From assembly GCA_963699755.1 (NCBI GenBank), contig CAVOVB010000001.1, positions 1,568,001-1,632,000 on the forward strand: a stretch of 64,000 bases of DNA. The letters run 5' to 3'. The notes beneath the pieces are model-generated. The model searched no databases. It saw only the letters and a program-made list of their open reading frames with translations, and was not told where the DNA came from. The position numbers were made by a program, and so were the translations under genes. Below, piece by piece: positions 60,234 through 64,000 of this stretch (positions are counted from its first letter, which is position 1; each line of letters begins with the position of its first letter). This DNA is from an uncultured delta proteobacterium. Lineage in GTDB: Bacteria; Myxococcota_A; Polyangia; Polyangiales; Houyiibacteriaceae.

Positions 60234-61250
60234 TTATTCGGGGTGGTTTTTCGCCCACCATCGCCGGTAGCTCGCCTGGATCGTCAGGAACTGGTCACGG
60301 TCCGCCGTCTCGGACAGGGGCTGCAAGAAGCGGGTGAGATGCCAAAGCTCACGCGATGCGAGCAGACGAATGTTGGCGCGGCCGTCTCCAAGGCCTTCGA
60401 TCAGCCACTGAATACGAATTTCGTGACCGCGTTCCGAGAGCCAACGGAGCCACGGGTCCCGCGAAAAGCCAAAGTCGTGGGCGGTCAGCACCCGCAGCCC
60501 GACACGGCAGGCCGTTGCGATGCCGCGATCGGAGTCGGCCAGCAAATCGACGAACAGAGCCGCCGAGGCTTCGTCGCGCAACTGGGTCAGCGCCGAAATG
60601 GCCCGGCGGCGAACCGGGAGTGGCTGAGTGACCTCGGACGCGCAGCGGCGCAGCTCACCCAGGGCGCTTCGGTAAAGCGCTTCATGCTGATAGGCGCTCA
60701 GCAAATGCAACGCGACGCGCCGGCACTCCCGGTCTTCGTCGAGAGAGACTTGCATGAGCGGCTCGATCAGGCGAGGGCTTGAATACGCTGCACAGATGAC
60801 CGCCGCGTAGTAGCGAACCTTTGGGGTGGGGTGACGCATCAATCGGGCGAGATACGGGATCGCCTCGCCTTCGAACGCGGCGAGGGCAGCTGCGATCGCC
60901 GAGATCTCGTCGGGACGCTGCAATCGCGAGTCCGTGGCCAATGCATGGCGCCATAGCGGCCCCGGGAAGCTCTCGGCCAGCTCTTCGAGCGCGAAATTGC
61001 CAAGCGCCATCAGGCGCCTCACCACCGGTGCGATCTCATTGGGGCCGAGAGCGACCAGCTCCTCGACGAGCCTTCGTGCGAGGTCGACGAGGGTTTCCTT
61101 GAGCACCGGTTGGCTGTCCGAGCCTCTGTCGGCGGCCGGGGGCGCCTTGGTGCGGACGCGCGACCCACTATCCTCCGTGGCCCCCTCCGGTGCCGCAGGA
61201 ACGACACCCGCGGGTAGCGGGTACTTTCGCTTCGGCCCAGCCATCGCCAC
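60234..61250 (-). CDS. HEAT-repeat protein paralogous to the C-terminus of 55106-57193
   Basis: Shared FPG.LW, IS.IA.A, RYYA, L..LRD, DF, R..WLI..L motifs. Confidence 0.75.
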   Translation of the reverse strand: MAMAGPKRKYPLPAGVVPAAPEGATEDSGSRVRTKAPPAADRGSDSQPVLKETLVDLARRLVEELVALGPNEIAPVVRRLMALGNFALEELAESFPGPLWRHALATDSRLQRPDEISAIAAALAAFEGEAIPYLARLMRHPTPKVRYYAAVICAAYSSPRLIEPLMQVSLDEDRECRRVALHLLSAYQHEALYRSALGELRRCASEVTQPLPVRRRAISALTQLRDEASAALFVDLLADSDRGIATACRVGLRVLTAHDFGFSRDPWLRWLSERGHEIRIQWLIEGLGDGRANIRLLASRELWHLTRFLQPLSETADRDQFLTIQASYRRWWAKNHPE

Positions 61251-61325
61251 GATTGTACCAGGACCCCAGCATTTTTGGTGCGGCTCGCTAGTCTTGTCCT
61301 GTTTTTGCAGGCAAACTTAGCCTCG

Positions 61326-62300
61326 ATGTACAGGATGGTCGTGCGCGAGCTCGGGGGTCCGGCCGCCCTCGGGCGCGAGGAGCTGAGCGAAGTGCTCGCT
61401 GGCCCGGGTGAGGTCGTCATCGATGTGAAGGCGGTGGGCTGCAACTTCTTCGACATCCTCATTACCGAAGGCAAGTATCAGATCAAGCCTGAGCTGCCGT
61501 TCTCGCCTGGCGCCGAGGTTGCAGGAATCGTTCGAACGCTCGGCGAAGGCGTTTCGCGTTTCTCAGTCGGCGACAGGGTGAGCGCCTTACTGGAATACGG
61601 TGGCTTCGCGTCGACCGTGGCCGCGGCTCAAGCGCGTGTCTTCGCCATGCCCAGCGAGATGACTTTCGAGGAAGCCGCGGCGCTCGGGCTCGTCTATCAA
61701 ACGTCGTACGTCGGCTTGGTGCATCGAGCGATCCTGAAGGAAGGCGAAACGCTTCTGGTGCACGCAGCGGCTGGAGGAGTAGGGCTCGCGGCGGTCCAAC
61801 TCGGAGTTGCGCTTGGTGCGAAGGTCATCGGCACCGCTGGGACTTCGGAAAAACTCGCGCTCGTGAAGGCGAACGGAGCGCACGAAGTCATTAACTACCG
61901 GGAAGAGGACTGGGTCGAGAGAGTGAAAGCGCTGACCGCCGGGCGTGGGGCGGACGTGATCTACGACCCGGTTGGTGGGGACACCTTCGATTTGTCGACC
62001 AAATGCATCGCGTTCGAAGGAAGGATATTGGTGATCGGCTTCGCGAGCGGACGAATCCCATCTGCGAAGATGAACCGCGTCCTGGTGAAGAACTTCTCCT
62101 TGGTCGGGCTGCACTGGGGGCTCTATTTCAAGAAGAATCCCCAGGTCATTCAGGAGGCCCAGGCGGCCATTGTGCGCCTTCATTCCTTGGGGAAAATCGC
62201 CCCGCTGGTCTCCGCAACGTATCCGCTGAGCGACGCTGAAGCTGCCCTCGCCGCGCTCGGCGGCCGCAGAACCACCGGCAAGGTGATTCTGATCCCTTAG
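61326..62300 (+). CDS. NADPH:quinone oxidoreductase (zeta-crystallin/MDR family)
   Basis: GKYQ.KP.LPFSPG.EVAG, HAAAGGVG, YDPVGG, GFASG, TTGKV. Confidence 0.92.
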   Translation: MYRMVVRELGGPAALGREELSEVLAGPGEVVIDVKAVGCNFFDILITEGKYQIKPELPFSPGAEVAGIVRTLGEGVSRFSVGDRVSALLEYGGFASTVAAAQARVFAMPSEMTFEEAAALGLVYQTSYVGLVHRAILKEGETLLVHAAAGGVGLAAVQLGVALGAKVIGTAGTSEKLALVKANGAHEVINYREEDWVERVKALTAGRGADVIYDPVGGDTFDLSTKCIAFEGRILVIGFASGRIPSAKMNRVLVKNFSLVGLHWGLYFKKNPQVIQEAQAAIVRLHSLGKIAPLVSATYPLSDAEAALAALGGRRTTGKVILIP

Positions 62301-62743
62301 GCCCCGGAAGGCTCGGCGTCCAAAAGCGCCGACTCGCAGCGTTCGATCACCGCGTCGATGACACCAGCGTGACTGCCAAGCGGTCCTGCTATCGAAAACC
62401 GTACACCTGGGTGTGGTGCAGCAGCTTCGGCGACCAGCCGCGGCAGGTCCTCGGTCACGTGTCGTCCTGGCGCGAGCATGAACGGGTGGACGACCACATT
62501 GGTCGCACCTTGCTCCACGCACAGAGCGAAGGCTTCGGCGATCGTGGGCCCCGCGATCTCCATGTGAGCAGACTCTACGATGCTTTTGGGGCCAAGGCGC
62601 TGCTTGACCAAGGCAGCGACTTCACCGACGAGCTGGTTGGCCGCGTCCCGGCGGCTCCCATGGTCGATCAGGAGTAGCGCGGGGCGGTCACCCCTCGTCG
62701 CTTCGCCCGCGCCGGAAGAGCCCATTTGACTTATCTGGGTCAC
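62297..62743 (-). CDS. CbiX/SirB-type chelatase (single domain)
   Basis: IDHGSR, AHMEIA.P, HPFMLAPGRH..EDLP, PLG.H. Confidence 0.88.
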   Translation of the reverse strand: MTQISQMGSSGAGEATRGDRPALLLIDHGSRRDAANQLVGEVAALVKQRLGPKSIVESAHMEIAGPTIAEAFALCVEQGATNVVVHPFMLAPGRHVTEDLPRLVAEAAAPHPGVRFSIAGPLGSHAGVIDAVIERCESALLDAEPSGA

Positions 62744-62783
62744 TCACTCCGCGGTGTCAAGAACTGTGGCCGCGGCGCAGATC

Positions 62784-63644
62784 TCAAGCGCAGTCAGACA
62801 GTGCGCGCTTGACGGACCCGACGTAGGTGCCGCCAAACAGGTTGACGTGCACCAAGAGAGGGTAGAGCTGATACAGAGCGACCCGTTCGTCCGCGCCCGG
62901 CGCCAACGGCCGAGCCTCGGCGTACGAGGCAAAGACGCGCTCGCCGAAGCCGCCGAACAGACGCATCATCGCCAGATCGATTTCGCGGTGACCCCCGTAG
63001 ACCGCAGGGTCGATCAACGCAGGTTGCCCGTCTTCGTCGACGTGCAGGTTTCCTCCCCAGAGGTCGCCATGCAGGCGGGACGGAGGCTCTTCGGCCCCGA
63101 CCCGATCGGGAAGCACGCGCTTCAAGGCGTCAAAACCGGAACGCGTCGCGGAATCGATCAAGCCACGGTCGATGGCAAGCCGTAGCTGTGGCTCGAGTCG
63201 GGACGACCAGTAAAAGGACGCCCAGTCGTCGGCCGCGGCGTTCGATTGCGCGAGCCGCCCGATGAAATTGTCGTGGTCGAGCCCGAACGCGGGGGCGCCA
63301 TAGGCATGCAGGGCAGCCAACGAATGGCCCAGGGCTTCATCGAACCCAGCCCTGCGCTTCGCCGGGATCATCAGCTCGAGCGCTAAGTAGGCCGGCCGCG
63401 CGTCCGAAACCGCGATCACGCGAGGCGTACGAATCGCGTTCGCCTCTGCGAGCCAACGAAGCCCACGCGCCTCCGCCTCGAACATACCTGGCGGCGGGTT
63501 CGAGTGCGTCTTGACGAAGAGCTTTGTCCCGTCACCGAGGGTGACCTGGTACGCGTCGTTGATGTCGCCGCCACCAAGGGGTTTCGCGCTGCGCAGCGGC
63601 TTGCCCAACCGTTGCTCGAGCGCCTTGCGCAAGCCCGGGCTCAT
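62784..63644 (-). CDS. Fructosamine kinase family protein
   Basis: GGGDIN, FEAEARGL, DNFIG, LHGDLWGGN, IDPAVY.GHRE.DLAM. Confidence 0.93.
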   Translation of the reverse strand: MSPGLRKALEQRLGKPLRSAKPLGGGDINDAYQVTLGDGTKLFVKTHSNPPPGMFEAEARGLRWLAEANAIRTPRVIAVSDARPAYLALELMIPAKRRAGFDEALGHSLAALHAYGAPAFGLDHDNFIGRLAQSNAAADDWASFYWSSRLEPQLRLAIDRGLIDSATRSGFDALKRVLPDRVGAEEPPSRLHGDLWGGNLHVDEDGQPALIDPAVYGGHREIDLAMMRLFGGFGERVFASYAEARPLAPGADERVALYQLYPLLVHVNLFGGTYVGSVKRALSDCA

Positions 63645-64000
63645 AGCCGATGGTTTTCTCGGATCTGCTGCAGAAGCCCGCGCGACGCCGCTTCGCAGAT
63701 GTCGAGCACGGTTTCAAATCCGTCGCCCTCACCGTAGTATGGGTCTGGCACATCGGCGTCACGCGGGCGATTCCGGATCGTAGTTCCGAAAAAGAACGAC
63801 CTTTGCCTTGGCTGCCTCGTCCGGCGCAATCCGCAGCAGGTCACGCTGGTTTGCTCGATCCATCGCAACCAAGTAATCGAAACGCTCGAAGTCCTTCGAC
63901 TCCACCCTGCGCGCGCGACCGGCGAGCTCGATGCCACGTCGTTTCGCGGAAACTGTGGCCCGGCGGTCAGGAGGCTCGCCGACATGCCAATCGCCCGTTC
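63641..64000 (-). CDS. Low-molecular-weight protein tyrosine phosphatase, 3' part (one frameshift near 63765)
   Basis: Manual translation TGDWHVGEPPDRR...FDYLVAMDRAN, then VPDPYYG in another frame. Confidence 0.85.
   Translation of the reverse strand, partial: ERAIGMSASLLTAGPQFPRNDVASSSPVARAGWSRRTSSVSITWLRWIEQTSVTCCGLRRTRQPRQRSFFFGTTIRNRPRDADVPDPYYGEGDGFETVLDICEAASRGLLQQIRENHRL

Overview
GC-rich bacterial DNA, probably Myxococcota. This is inferred from Gly/Thr-linker lipoproteins, a PEGA-type Ser/Thr kinase, FrgA-like HEAT proteins and b/b' ATP synthase subunits. The window has three parts. (1) <1-20.8 kb is a putative integrative mobilizable element. It has a tyrosine integrase (missed by the ORF track, running off the left edge), an overlapping Xis-like gene, IncP-like traM-traL-traK, an IncP/R751-like oriT with 10-bp-phased TTGC repeats, about 15 kb of envelope and ion-channel cargo, and traI-traJ. 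The cargo includes a sulfatase, glutamate decarboxylase, a GluR0-like K+ channel, TMEM175, MscS, porins and lipoproteins. The element ends at the 5' half of a tRNA-Leu(TAG), flanked on both sides by 12-bp arm-type repeats. (2) About 20.8-26.5 kb looks like a decayed sister element in tandem, carrying a TetR regulon and a Dps-MscS-BON operon, and ending in a ~100-bp copy of the first element's right end. (3) 26.5-64 kb is core chromosome (glnII, rnc, a split and partly inverted atp operon, prmA, rsmE and others). It contains three copies of a ~120-bp structured intergenic repeat with G/T-rich flanks, one long inverted-repeat element, and a cluster of frameshifts at 30.8-36.1 kb that may be sequencing errors. 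All family calls come from motif recognition by eye; no database searches were run.
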